This document shows, piece by piece, positions 18,688 to 26,428 of a stretch of 29,131 nucleotides of DNA. The notes under the pieces are model-generated. The model was not told the DNA's origin. It made no database searches and saw only the letters and a list, made by a program, of their open reading frames with translations. Made by a program: the position numbers and the translations under genes. The first letter of the stretch is position 1. Each line of letters begins with the position of its first letter. The stretch is from IMG/VR virus record IMGVR_UViG_3300048861_000060, positions 1-29,131 of that record; one strand, given 5' to 3'. This DNA comes from a virus. Lineage: Duplodnaviria; Caudoviricetes.

Positions 18688-19017
18688 TCACCCTCTCGCG
18701 TCTGCGCGGCGGATCGCCGCGTTCCATGGGTGCTTTGGGTCGCTCGGACGACCGGTCACATCGCAACCCGGCTTGGCGAGCGTCGGGTCGAACCCGAACT
18801 GCTCCGCTGTGACCTCGCCGTGGCACGGGTGACACAGGTTGCGGGTGTTGCCGTCATCGTCGCTGCCACCAAGCGCGAGGGGCTTGATGTGGTCGACCTT
18901 GGTCGCTTCTTCGACGCGACCGGCAGCAAGGCAGCGCTCGCACAGACCTTTGGTCCGTTGGAGGCGTCGCAACCGCTGTTGCTGACCAGCGCGACCACGT
19001 AGGCGTTCGACCGTCAT
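18688..19017 (-). CDS. Terminase-associated HNH endonuclease (HK97 gp74-like)
   Basis: CERC...VDHIKPLALGG...NTRNLCHPCH motif; directly upstream of terS. Confidence 0.92.
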   Translation of the reverse strand: MTVERLRGRAGQQQRLRRLQRTKGLCERCLAAGRVEEATKVDHIKPLALGGSDDDGNTRNLCHPCHGEVTAEQFGFDPTLAKPGCDVTGRPSDPKHPWNAAIRRADARG

Positions 19018-19109
19018 CCTGTCATGAGCACGGCGATCAACGCGCCGCCCCAGATGAACACGACAGGTGTGAGCAACGCGAGCATCATGCGACGTTCACC
19101 GCGCCTCAC
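19014..19109 (-). CDS. 31-aa single-TM microprotein
   Basis: MRRGERRMMLALLTPVVFIWGGALIAVLMTG; GTGA overlap at its start and ATGA overlap at its stop. Confidence 0.6.
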   Translation of the reverse strand: MRRGERRMMLALLTPVVFIWGGALIAVLMTG

Positions 19110-19309
19110 GACAATGCCCTCAACCGTTCGGCGACGCGCGCCATCAGTCGATGAGCATCAATGCAAGCGTGATAGCGATCCGAAACCTCGCCGGATCGGC
19201 AGTCACGTTGCAGCGTCTCAGCACCGTCCAGCAGCGTGTCAGCGAGCGAGCGCATCGCGTCGGTGTAGCCATCAGGCAAATCGCGACGATGGAAGCGCTG
19301 AATGCCCAT
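19106..19309 (-). CDS. Hypothetical protein (67 aa)
   Basis: GGAGA RBS before ATG; coupled to the downstream micro-ORF. Confidence 0.6.
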   Translation of the reverse strand: MGIQRFHRRDLPDGYTDAMRSLADTLLDGAETLQRDCRSGEVSDRYHACIDAHRLMARVAERLRALS

Positions 19310-19348
19310 CGCCGTCTCCGATGCTGGAGCCTGATGTGATTAGGTAAA

Positions 19349-19425
19349 TGGTTGCGGCGATCGGATTTGAACCGGTGACCTCAGCGTTATGAGCGCTGCG
19401 AGCTACTTGGCTGCTCCACGCCGAC
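19349..19425 (-). tRNA. tRNA-Met(CAT), initiator-like scaffold, degenerate
   Basis: TGGAGCAGCC..GTAGCTCG D-arm, CAGCG-CTCATAA-CGCTG anticodon arm, GGTTCAAATCC T-arm, encoded ACCA end; several mismatches. Confidence 0.8.
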
Positions 19426-19427
19426 AT

Positions 19428-19465
19428 AAACGAAAACGCCTGCTCGCCATTTTTGGCTGCGGGCG
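19428..19465 (-). terminator. Putative promoter-proximal terminator (tR'-like)
   Basis: Imperfect stem CGCCCGC.GCCA/TGGC..GCAGGCG followed by TTTTCGTTT. Confidence 0.5.
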
Positions 19466-19482
19466 CAACTCGATGTTTGGGA

Positions 19483-19511
19483 GTTATGCCGGATTTCGTG
19501 GCCGGTCTCAA
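19483..19511 (-). promoter_or_regulatory. Putative late promoter (pR'-like)
   Basis: TTGAGA (19511-19506), 17-nt spacer, CATAAC (19488-19483), pointing into the tRNA and late operon. Confidence 0.5.
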
Positions 19512-19672
19512 GGATATTATGTGGCCCGAACTGAGATTGTTCCAACCGTGTTCGACCTTTTGAAGCGTGAAAATTCGTTCCGGAGGTGCCATGCAATGCC
19601 CACGATTCACCGGCTCAACGGACGGGGTACGTCGAAAGTGGGACATCTTGTCGCGGGAGTTTGTTGACCTAC

Positions 19673-20167
19673 ATGGCAACACTGTTAGAACTGGACGCCG
19701 ACGGAAGCGTTTCGAGGTACGATCCTGAGCTCGGCCCTGGCCAGCTTGAGGAGCGGTGCCTCTATGTGCTCCCGGCGTTGGTGACGCGCATTCAGGACTG
19801 GTTGCCGGAGCAAGGATCGAGTTGGAACATTGAAATAGAACCGCACGAGCAAGTTGCTGCCATGTTGGCTGACTATTGCGCGGGACATATCTTGAAGATC
19901 GGAGCTGGACTTAAAGCACTCTCTCATCTCGGTGATGGGATCTGGGAGATGAAAACTGCGGACGTTCGGATATTTGGTTGGTTTCACCAGAAAGACTGCT
20001 TCATTGGTGCCTCACTCGATATAGCAGAAACCATTAAGACTTCTAAGCTATATGCCGGTTATTGCTCAGAGGCAGTTTGGCGCCGTAGCCAACTGGATCT
20101 GAACATGCCGAAATTTATCGGAGGGGATGATCCCAATGCCGTCGTTTCGAACTACAGCTTCTCCTAA
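19673..20167 (+). CDS. RelE/HigB-like toxin (divergent, 164 aa)
   Basis: LKAL...DGIWEMKTADVRIFGWF resembles the RelE/ParE-fold core; GGGAG upstream; precedes an HTH gene. Confidence 0.65.
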   Translation: MATLLELDADGSVSRYDPELGPGQLEERCLYVLPALVTRIQDWLPEQGSSWNIEIEPHEQVAAMLADYCAGHILKIGAGLKALSHLGDGIWEMKTADVRIFGWFHQKDCFIGASLDIAETIKTSKLYAGYCSEAVWRRSQLDLNMPKFIGGDDPNAVVSNYSFS

Positions 20168-20543
20168 GCGAGTTGCCGCAGCCCGGTTCGTTGGCAAAGC
20201 GCGCCGAGAGCTTCTGAAAGCCTTGGAAGAGGAGCGGGCGAAGTCAGGCACTCGCCAAGCGCATATTGCGAAGGCGCTCGATGTGCACCGCTCGGTCATC
20301 AGCCGCGAGTTGCGCGGGCTCAAGGACATCAGCCTCGGGCGCATCGGCGAGATCGCGTGGGCGCTGGGACGTGATCCGGTCATTGAACTCCGAGAACACG
20401 ATAAATCTGTTGGCGATAATAAGCCAGCCGTGGTTTCGGGCGCGACATTGACCACGACCCCAGTGTCGGACCGTATCGCCGGCGCTTGGGCCGGCAACGC
20501 CACGACCGCTAGCTCCGCTTCACTGTACGAGGTCCAAGAGTGA
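20136..20543 (+). CDS. XRE-family HTH protein / putative antitoxin with an unstructured C-terminal tail
   Basis: RQAHIAKALDVHRSVISRELRG...ISLGRIGEIAWALG Cro/C1 HTH; GGAGGGG RBS; overlaps the toxin stop. Confidence 0.85.
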   Translation: MPSFRTTASPKRVAAARFVGKARRELLKALEEERAKSGTRQAHIAKALDVHRSVISRELRGLKDISLGRIGEIAWALGRDPVIELREHDKSVGDNKPAVVSGATLTTTPVSDRIAGAWAGNATTASSASLYEVQE

Positions 20544-21013
20544 TCCGATTTCCATCCTTACCTGGGGGTTTTGTAATCTTTTGCGATGATGTGCGGAACG
20601 AGGTGACGGGAAAGCAAACAATCGTCGGGGCCTATGCGGGCGAAATGATAATCAATATTCCTGCCCCTGCGACGCTCCCGAACTTAGCGGTCCTTATAAA
20701 TTATCGCGACGATCCCGACACGTTTCCGAAGACGGTTATTTTCCGCATATATGTGGAAACGGCGAAGGACGATAACCTTGTCTGGGAACACGAGTTGGAG
20801 ATGAAAGGGAGACCTGAACTTCCTGGGTTCACTCCCAAAGAAGAGCAAAAAATGTTCGCCGAGGCCCGTATCGGCACAGCGTTCCCCGGTATCACCTTTA
20901 CGGAGGAAAGCCGTATGAAGGTGCGCGCGTACATCGGTGAGGACGAATACCGGCTCGGCGCTTTGTTTGTGAGGTTCAAACCAGACGAGCCGGCTTCGGC
21001 GGCGGCAAACTAA
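20540..21013 (+). CDS. DUF6941-like beta-rich protein
   Basis: IFCDDVRNEVTGKQTIVGAY N-terminal motif; GTGA overlap with the HTH gene. Confidence 0.7.
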   Translation: MIRFPSLPGGFVIFCDDVRNEVTGKQTIVGAYAGEMIINIPAPATLPNLAVLINYRDDPDTFPKTVIFRIYVETAKDDNLVWEHELEMKGRPELPGFTPKEEQKMFAEARIGTAFPGITFTEESRMKVRAYIGEDEYRLGALFVRFKPDEPASAAAN

Positions 21014-21048
21014 GCGCAATCTGGCCCGCAGCGGTATCGAGGATAAAC

Positions 21049-21067
21049 TGGCAGCATCGGGCTGCCA
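21049..21067. terminator. Short hairpin between convergent genes
   Basis: TGGCAGC/GCTGCCA 7-bp stem; weak T tract on the minus strand. Confidence 0.35.
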
Positions 21068-22024
21068 TCAATCCTGCACGATCAGCGCGTTGAGCCCGTC
21101 GACATCTTCCTCGCTGACATTGGCGCGGGCACGTGCCTTGCAAGCAGGCCAGCGCTCCAGCGCCGCGATGAGTTCGCGCTTCGCCCGTCGATTGTGAACG
21201 CGATGGCGGCGGGCTGCGACGGTGAAGCCGATGGGATCACCGATCAGCATATCGAGAACGAGGCGCTTGGGATGCGGTAACAGATCGCGCCAATAGGTGT
21301 AGGCAACGTGCAACCGCACGACCGCTATGCGTTGGCCGACGAAATCAAACCGCCCTGGGCTGGTATCGACCCGCGATTCCATGCTCGCCGTGCGGATATC
21401 GACGTCATGCTCGATCGCCTCGGCTGCCTTGCCGATTTCTGCCGCCCAGGCCAGCTGATCGTCATCGATGCTGCCGTTCTGGTGCAACTGCGCGATCGCG
21501 CCTTGGTGCGTCTTGGTCGCGTATTCCCACGTCTGATAAGTGCCGTGGTGCTTGTGGGACCACTCCTCGCGCCGAACGATTTCGCGTTCGATTTCCGGCG
21601 ATAGCGCAAGCGGATCAACACGGGACACCGCGTGGCGGATGCGGCGACGTTTCTTGGACTGGCTGACCGTCTGGATCTTGGCACGAGGTCGTCCATGCAC
21701 GAGGTGTTCGACACGCTCGGCCTCATGCTTCGCGGCCGTCGCCAGTCGCGCCTTGCGCGCTTCGACGCGGTGCACCGCGTCGGCATTTCCGCTGATCCGG
21801 CGCAATCGCGCTCGTGCGGCTTCGCGCATGGCGTGACGTGGACGGTCCTGAACTTCCTTCAGCGCGCGGCGATCGGCCGCCGCGTTGCGACGAAGCTGGT
21901 GCGCAGCGGAACGCGCCGCTTTCTCTTCCTTGGTGAGCTTTGTCCGCGCCTCATGGGCGCGCGATACGATCGGAGTATCGCCATCATAGACGACCTCATC
22001 AGGCTCTATGGAAATGTGCTGCAT
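21068..22024 (-). CDS. Putative late-gene regulator / antiterminator (Q position)
   Basis: Basic ORF, last of the early operon; C-terminal HTH-like segment (LVLDMLIG..IGFTVAARRH). Function inferred from position; start could be TTG 22036. Confidence 0.6.
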   Translation of the reverse strand: MQHISIEPDEVVYDGDTPIVSRAHEARTKLTKEEKAARSAAHQLRRNAAADRRALKEVQDRPRHAMREAARARLRRISGNADAVHRVEARKARLATAAKHEAERVEHLVHGRPRAKIQTVSQSKKRRRIRHAVSRVDPLALSPEIEREIVRREEWSHKHHGTYQTWEYATKTHQGAIAQLHQNGSIDDDQLAWAAEIGKAAEAIEHDVDIRTASMESRVDTSPGRFDFVGQRIAVVRLHVAYTYWRDLLPHPKRLVLDMLIGDPIGFTVAARRHRVHNRRAKRELIAALERWPACKARARANVSEEDVDGLNALIVQD

Positions 22025-22194
22025 ATGCCCCCGCAAACTGACGCGCCCGCGCGCGCGTGTTCACGGTACGTCGCTGAATTCAATTTGAGACAGTAGTCCG
22101 GAATCCGTCCGCTTGGATCAAGCCCGACGAAACGCTACAACCCGCGCCGGGCGCGTATTAGGGGGGGCATGCAAAAGGCATGCTGTAGATATCT

Positions 22195-22914
22195 ATGTCT
22201 CAGTTGCTTACGGACTGTCCCCGCTGCAAAGCGAGCTTGACGACCTTCGACATTTTAGCAGATGTGTATCTCGGTGAAATGGAACAAGTGTGGTTTACTA
22301 AACATGAGTTGGCTGCAAAGTGCAGACACTGTGATCATTTGTCAGTTTTTAGCGTGAGGCCTACCCAGTATGAAGCGAGAGGCCTATTTAGGAAAGATGG
22401 TCTTATCGCAGAGTATCCTGGATCTGCGAACAATTACTTCCGGGTGCTAGGTCCAGTCACTATTCGTGATGTTCCGGGCGAAGGGGCGCCGGATCTAGTG
22501 CCTGCCAAGCTTTCTGCGATATTTCTCGAAGGTACCTCTTCATTAGTTGGCCAGTGTTTTAACGCCGCCGGCGCGATGTTCAGGCTTTGCCTGGACCTCG
22601 CCACGAAGGCATTGCTTCCGTTGCAGGGGTCGGAAGGCGAGCCTACAAGCCGAGAACGGCGAGAGCTCGCCAGCCGCTTGCGCTGGTTGTTTGAAAACAA
22701 GCTGTTGCCTGAGGATTTGCGAGAACTAGCGACGGCCGTCAGGGAGGATGGAAACGATGCTGCGCACGATGGCACACTGACCGAAGCTGAGGCCCGTGAT
22801 CTGCTAGACTTCACAACCGTTCTTCTTGAGCGGTTGTACACGCAGCCTGGTCGGGTAGCTGCCGCTCGTGCCAGGCGCGCCGATAGAAATCAGGTTCCTG
22901 AGGGCAGGCCTTGA
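22195..22914 (+). CDS. DUF4145 (HEPN-related) domain protein with an N-terminal zinc ribbon
   Basis: CPRC...CRHC; AAGAMFRLCLD; REDGNDAAH motif; visibly more AT-rich 5' half; antisense insertion. Confidence 0.85.
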   Translation: MSQLLTDCPRCKASLTTFDILADVYLGEMEQVWFTKHELAAKCRHCDHLSVFSVRPTQYEARGLFRKDGLIAEYPGSANNYFRVLGPVTIRDVPGEGAPDLVPAKLSAIFLEGTSSLVGQCFNAAGAMFRLCLDLATKALLPLQGSEGEPTSRERRELASRLRWLFENKLLPEDLRELATAVREDGNDAAHDGTLTEAEARDLLDFTTVLLERLYTQPGRVAAARARRADRNQVPEGRP

Positions 22915-23222
22915 TCCGCGAGGTGGGCTAACGTCCAACCGCGGCCCACGCAACCCAAACGGAGTTCCGTGTCGGACAGGTTTGCGGCGCGATCGACGAG
23001 GACGATAGAGCGCGACGTACCTTTCAAGTAGGCCAGATACCCCTCGATCTGTAAGGCTTGGATATGGGGCCCAACGCGCTGGGCAGCAATGCCGACGCGA
23101 AATCCGATCTCGCGAAAGCTTGGAGACATACCAGTGTCCCGGAAATGCTGGCGGATTGCTTCTAGCACTCGCTGTTTCGTTGAAGCACGTGCGGCGGACG
23201 GCAAAAGCGACAGCGTATTCAT
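22890..23222 (-). CDS. LexA-like winged-helix DNA-binding protein (no protease domain)
   Basis: VLEAIRQHFRDTGMSPSFREIG...HIQALQIEGYL....SRSI; ATGA overlap with the upstream gene. Confidence 0.85.
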   Translation of the reverse strand: MNTLSLLPSAARASTKQRVLEAIRQHFRDTGMSPSFREIGFRVGIAAQRVGPHIQALQIEGYLAYLKGTSRSIVLVDRAANLSDTELRLGCVGRGWTLAHLADQGLPSGT

Positions 23223-23869
23223 CGCAAGTATCCGCCTGTCGGGTCGGCCGCTTCGACCTCATCGAGCTGCTGCTGCGTGAACGCGCCGCTGCTGACGCCC
23301 AGCGAGCGGAAAGTCGGCGAGAGCTTGCGGATCTCGTCGAGGCTGAACGGCGCGCCAGGCTCCTGGGGCGGCAGCGCGACTGGACGAGGACGCCGGATGT
23401 GCTCGCGCAACCCTTCGAGCCTGCGGCGAGCGAGACGGCGCTCGGTTGCGACGGTATCCGCGATCTCTCGGACGATCGCTTCGACCTCGTTGAGGAACTT
23501 CATCGGCCGGTGGATCGCCCGCTTCGCCGCGGTGAGCGCGATCATCGCCGGCAGGTCCGACAGCGCGTCGACCATCACCTGCCGCCAAAGCTCGGTCTGA
23601 GCCGGCGACATGGCGGGTGCGATCTTCACCGCCAGCCGGCGCAGCCGCTCGTCCATCGCGAGGTTCCAAGCGGCGCGCTGCTGCGGGTCGATGGGCACCG
23701 GGACGAACGCGTCGTCGAGATAGGCGAGGGCACGGTGGATCTCGCCGACGGGATCGTCCGGCAGCGCGGCAACCGCGCTATCGGTCGTCCAGGGACGCCG
23801 GCTCAAAGCCAGCGACGCCATCACGGGGGGCCCAGCCGCTCTGTCGGTCGTGATAAGATCGGTTGTCAC
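23219..23869 (-). CDS. Replication-associated protein (possible helicase loader, P position)
   Basis: 216-aa helical ORF directly after the initiator; W...DALSDLP motif; function inferred from synteny only. Confidence 0.65.
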   Translation of the reverse strand: MTTDLITTDRAAGPPVMASLALSRRPWTTDSAVAALPDDPVGEIHRALAYLDDAFVPVPIDPQQRAAWNLAMDERLRRLAVKIAPAMSPAQTELWRQVMVDALSDLPAMIALTAAKRAIHRPMKFLNEVEAIVREIADTVATERRLARRRLEGLREHIRRPRPVALPPQEPGAPFSLDEIRKLSPTFRSLGVSSGAFTQQQLDEVEAADPTGGYLR

Positions 23870-24521
23870 GGGTGTTTCGCCACTTCTCTGCGTTGGAAAT
23901 CCAGGTGCGGAAGGCTGCTTGCCAGTCCCGGTAGGTTTGCCCCTTGGCGGTCGCTCGATCCCGGAAGTGAACGAGCTCGTGTTCGAGCATCCCCGGCGGC
24001 CACCGGTCGACGATGGCTTGGGCGGTGGCGTTCAGCGTCGGCGTGAAATCAGCGGGCAGCACGGTCGGGCGCGTCCCTGAAGAAGCTTTAGCTTCTGAAG
24101 GGTTCTTTACTTCTTTCCCTTCTTTCTTCTTTGCGTCGCCGCCGCGTCGTTGCTGCGTCGCCGCCGCGTCGTCTGCTGCGTCGGCTTGTCGTTCCGGAGT
24201 CTGATAAAGCTCGTAATTCCGGATAGTTATGACCGTCTGTCCTGCGTCGGTTGCTGCGTCGATTATTTCCGCCTTCACGAGCGACGACAGAAACCGACGC
24301 ACCTTGGCTTCGTCCCACTTCCAGGCCTTCGCCATGAACCGGAGCGAGTGCGAAAGCTGCCCGCGCTGAAGCTCTATTTCGCCCGTGCCAGCATGGATCT
24401 TGGTGGGTCGAAACGCCGCTTCCTCGACCAGCCACACGAAGGCATCGCGGCGCGAGAAATCCTCGTTGCGAAAGACGGGATTATCCTGCCATCCGCGATG
24501 CATCAGGTAGAAGCCACTCAC
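23778..24521 (-). CDS. Phage replication initiator (lambda O-like, DnaT-like C-terminus)
   Basis: GTG 24521 overlaps the MTase stop; GFYLMHRGW, LQRGQL, VITIRNYELYQ, LPADF and DWQAAFRTWI motifs. Confidence 0.85.
   Translation of the reverse strand: MSGFYLMHRGWQDNPVFRNEDFSRRDAFVWLVEEAAFRPTKIHAGTGEIELQRGQLSHSLRFMAKAWKWDEAKVRRFLSSLVKAEIIDAATDAGQTVITIRNYELYQTPERQADAADDAAATQQRRGGDAKKKEGKEVKNPSEAKASSGTRPTVLPADFTPTLNATAQAIVDRWPPGMLEHELVHFRDRATAKGQTYRDWQAAFRTWISNAEKWRNTRDNRSYHDRQSGWAPRDGVAGFEPASLDDR
24103..24261. repeat. Iteron-like GCGTCG array plus strand-asymmetric tract (putative replication origin)
   Basis: GCGTCG at 24133, 24144, 24155, 24166, 24178, 24244 and 24256; pyrimidine tract 24103-24132. 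Confidence 0.65.
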
Positions 24522-26428
24522 GCCGCCTGGACCTCCAGGGCTTTCTCCAATGGCGCGTTGCAGTTGGCAGCGACGAGCGCCTCTGCAACGTCTCGGTTCA
24601 CACTGTTGCCGATCATGCGGATCTGAGAGGCGATCGGCAGCCGGCCGCGCTTCTTCTTGCCGGACGGCAGCACGCGATCGCAGACCGGATCGAGGATGTA
24701 GTTGTCGTTGAAGCCCTGCGCGCGGGCCAACTCGCGCGGTGTCAGCATCCGCATGCCGATATCGACGATCACCCATTCCTCGCCGGCGATTGTCACCGTG
24801 ACGAGGCCGAATCGAGGCTTGGTGCTGATGGTGTGCAGGCTCTCGTCGACGTCTTGGCCGTGCTGCGCGGAGCCGAAATACTTCGCGAGGAAGGCGCAGA
24901 CCTGCCCGGCATGGCCACCGCCGCGGCCGCCGCCGGTGGTCGGCGTGGCGAGCGGCTCGTCGGATGCCTGGCCGTGCTTCGCACTGCCGTAGAATTTCGT
25001 CAGGTGGGTCGCGACGAGCCGCTGCTGCGAGCCGGTAGCCGTGGCAGTGGACATCGGCGCGCCGACTGGGCGGCCGGCCAGATGGTCGTTGTTCGGTCCA
25101 CCGTTGGCCTGCTCGATGTGCGCGCAGACAATTCCGAGCGGCGTCGCGCCGCCTTGCCGCTTCTCCGGCGCACCGTTTGCGGTGACCGTGGACGCCGGGC
25201 CACGCAGATCGCGACCTATGCCACCGGTCGTATGCTTGGCGAGGAACGCAGAAACGACGGCCGCTTTGGCAGCGCCAGAGACGGCGGTCCCGAGAGGCTT
25301 ATGCAGTCCGGGCACGCGCGGCGCCTGTCCGGGGCGCTCGCCGTATCCGGTCTGGATCAGCGTCGGCGCGATCAGCGCTTTCCGATCGTGAACCGTCGCC
25401 GCGCCGAGCGGCTCGCCGGCATCGCGCGGCTTCCCAGCATAGGCCGCGCCGCCGGCGCCGACGATGTACGGTGTAACCAGCGCCATCTCGCCGCCCTTGG
25501 CGGTGGTGACCGTAGGCAACGCCTTGCCGATGTCGATCGTCCGGTTCGCCGCCCATGTGCTGTTCGTCACCGGCACGATGAAGGGCGATGCCGAGTTGAC
25601 GACGAACTTCATGATGCCGTGCGCAATGCGGCGGAGAGTGTTTTCGGCCAACGGCTTCTTGCGGTCGAAGATGGAAGGGCAGGGCAGCGACCAGTCGATG
25701 ATCTCCGCCGCCGTGCGCCACGGTTGCGCGCGACCCGGGCCGTGGGTCGGCTCCGGCCAGACGATCGGCCGGCCATCGCACCGGGCGATGACAAACAGCC
25801 GCTTGCGGATCGTCGGCGCGCCATAGTCGCAGCCGCGCAACTCCTTCCACTCGATCGCGTATCCAGCCTTTTCCAGCGCGGCGACCCACAGCTGGAAGGT
25901 CTCGCCCTCCGGCTTGATGACCTTGCGCTTGCCCTTCCGGAGCACGGGCGGATCCTCGAGCAGAGACATCTGCCCATTGGCGCGGCGAACCTTCATCGGC
26001 AGGCCCGTTTCTGGATCAATAGGGCACCAGGTGCGGAATTCCTCGACGTTCTCCAGCATGATCACGCGCGGCTGAAGATCAGGGCCGAGCCGGCGGACCC
26101 AGTGCACGACAACCCACGCCAGATCGCGGATGCCCTTCTCGACGGGCTTGCCGCCCTTGGCCTTGCTGAAGTGCTTGCAGTCCGGCGAGAACCAGCCGAG
26201 CGCGACCTGCCGACCCTGCACCACCTCAAGCGGGTCCGCCTTCCAGACCGACTGGCAGATGTGCAGCGTCTGAGGGTGATTCGCCTTGTGCATGGCGATC
26301 GCCTCGTTGTCGTGATTGATGGCGACATCGACCGGGCGACCGAACGCCGCCTCAATGCCATCGCTCGCGCCACCGCCGCCGGCGAAGTTGTCGACGATCA
26401 AGCCGTCCATCATGCATGAAGGCTTCAT
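24518..26428 (-). CDS. Orphan DNA (cytosine-5)-methyltransferase with a long variable region
   Basis: Motif I FAGGGG, IV SPDC, VI ENV, VIII RKR, IX R.LTPRE.AR.QGF, X GNSV. Confidence 0.95.
   Translation of the reverse strand: MKPSCMMDGLIVDNFAGGGGASDGIEAAFGRPVDVAINHDNEAIAMHKANHPQTLHICQSVWKADPLEVVQGRQVALGWFSPDCKHFSKAKGGKPVEKGIRDLAWVVVHWVRRLGPDLQPRVIMLENVEEFRTWCPIDPETGLPMKVRRANGQMSLLEDPPVLRKGKRKVIKPEGETFQLWVAALEKAGYAIEWKELRGCDYGAPTIRKRLFVIARCDGRPIVWPEPTHGPGRAQPWRTAAEIIDWSLPCPSIFDRKKPLAENTLRRIAHGIMKFVVNSASPFIVPVTNSTWAANRTIDIGKALPTVTTAKGGEMALVTPYIVGAGGAAYAGKPRDAGEPLGAATVHDRKALIAPTLIQTGYGERPGQAPRVPGLHKPLGTAVSGAAKAAVVSAFLAKHTTGGIGRDLRGPASTVTANGAPEKRQGGATPLGIVCAHIEQANGGPNNDHLAGRPVGAPMSTATATGSQQRLVATHLTKFYGSAKHGQASDEPLATPTTGGGRGGGHAGQVCAFLAKYFGSAQHGQDVDESLHTISTKPRFGLVTVTIAGEEWVIVDIGMRMLTPRELARAQGFNDNYILDPVCDRVLPSGKKKRGRLPIASQIRMIGNSVNRDVAEALVAANCNAPLEKALEVQAA

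Noticed and set aside
19349-19425. tRNA as the prophage attachment site
   Set aside because: No integrase or duplicated tRNA 3' end in the window, and phage genes continue on both sides.
24133-24183. CRISPR-like array
   Set aside because: 6-nt repeats with 5-6 nt spacers inside a CDS; no cas genes.
24833-26419. 528-aa plus-strand ORF and similar long plus ORFs (7462..8646, 13729..14745, 14858..15802, 23120..24046)
   Set aside because: Each is the mirror of a well-supported minus-strand gene.
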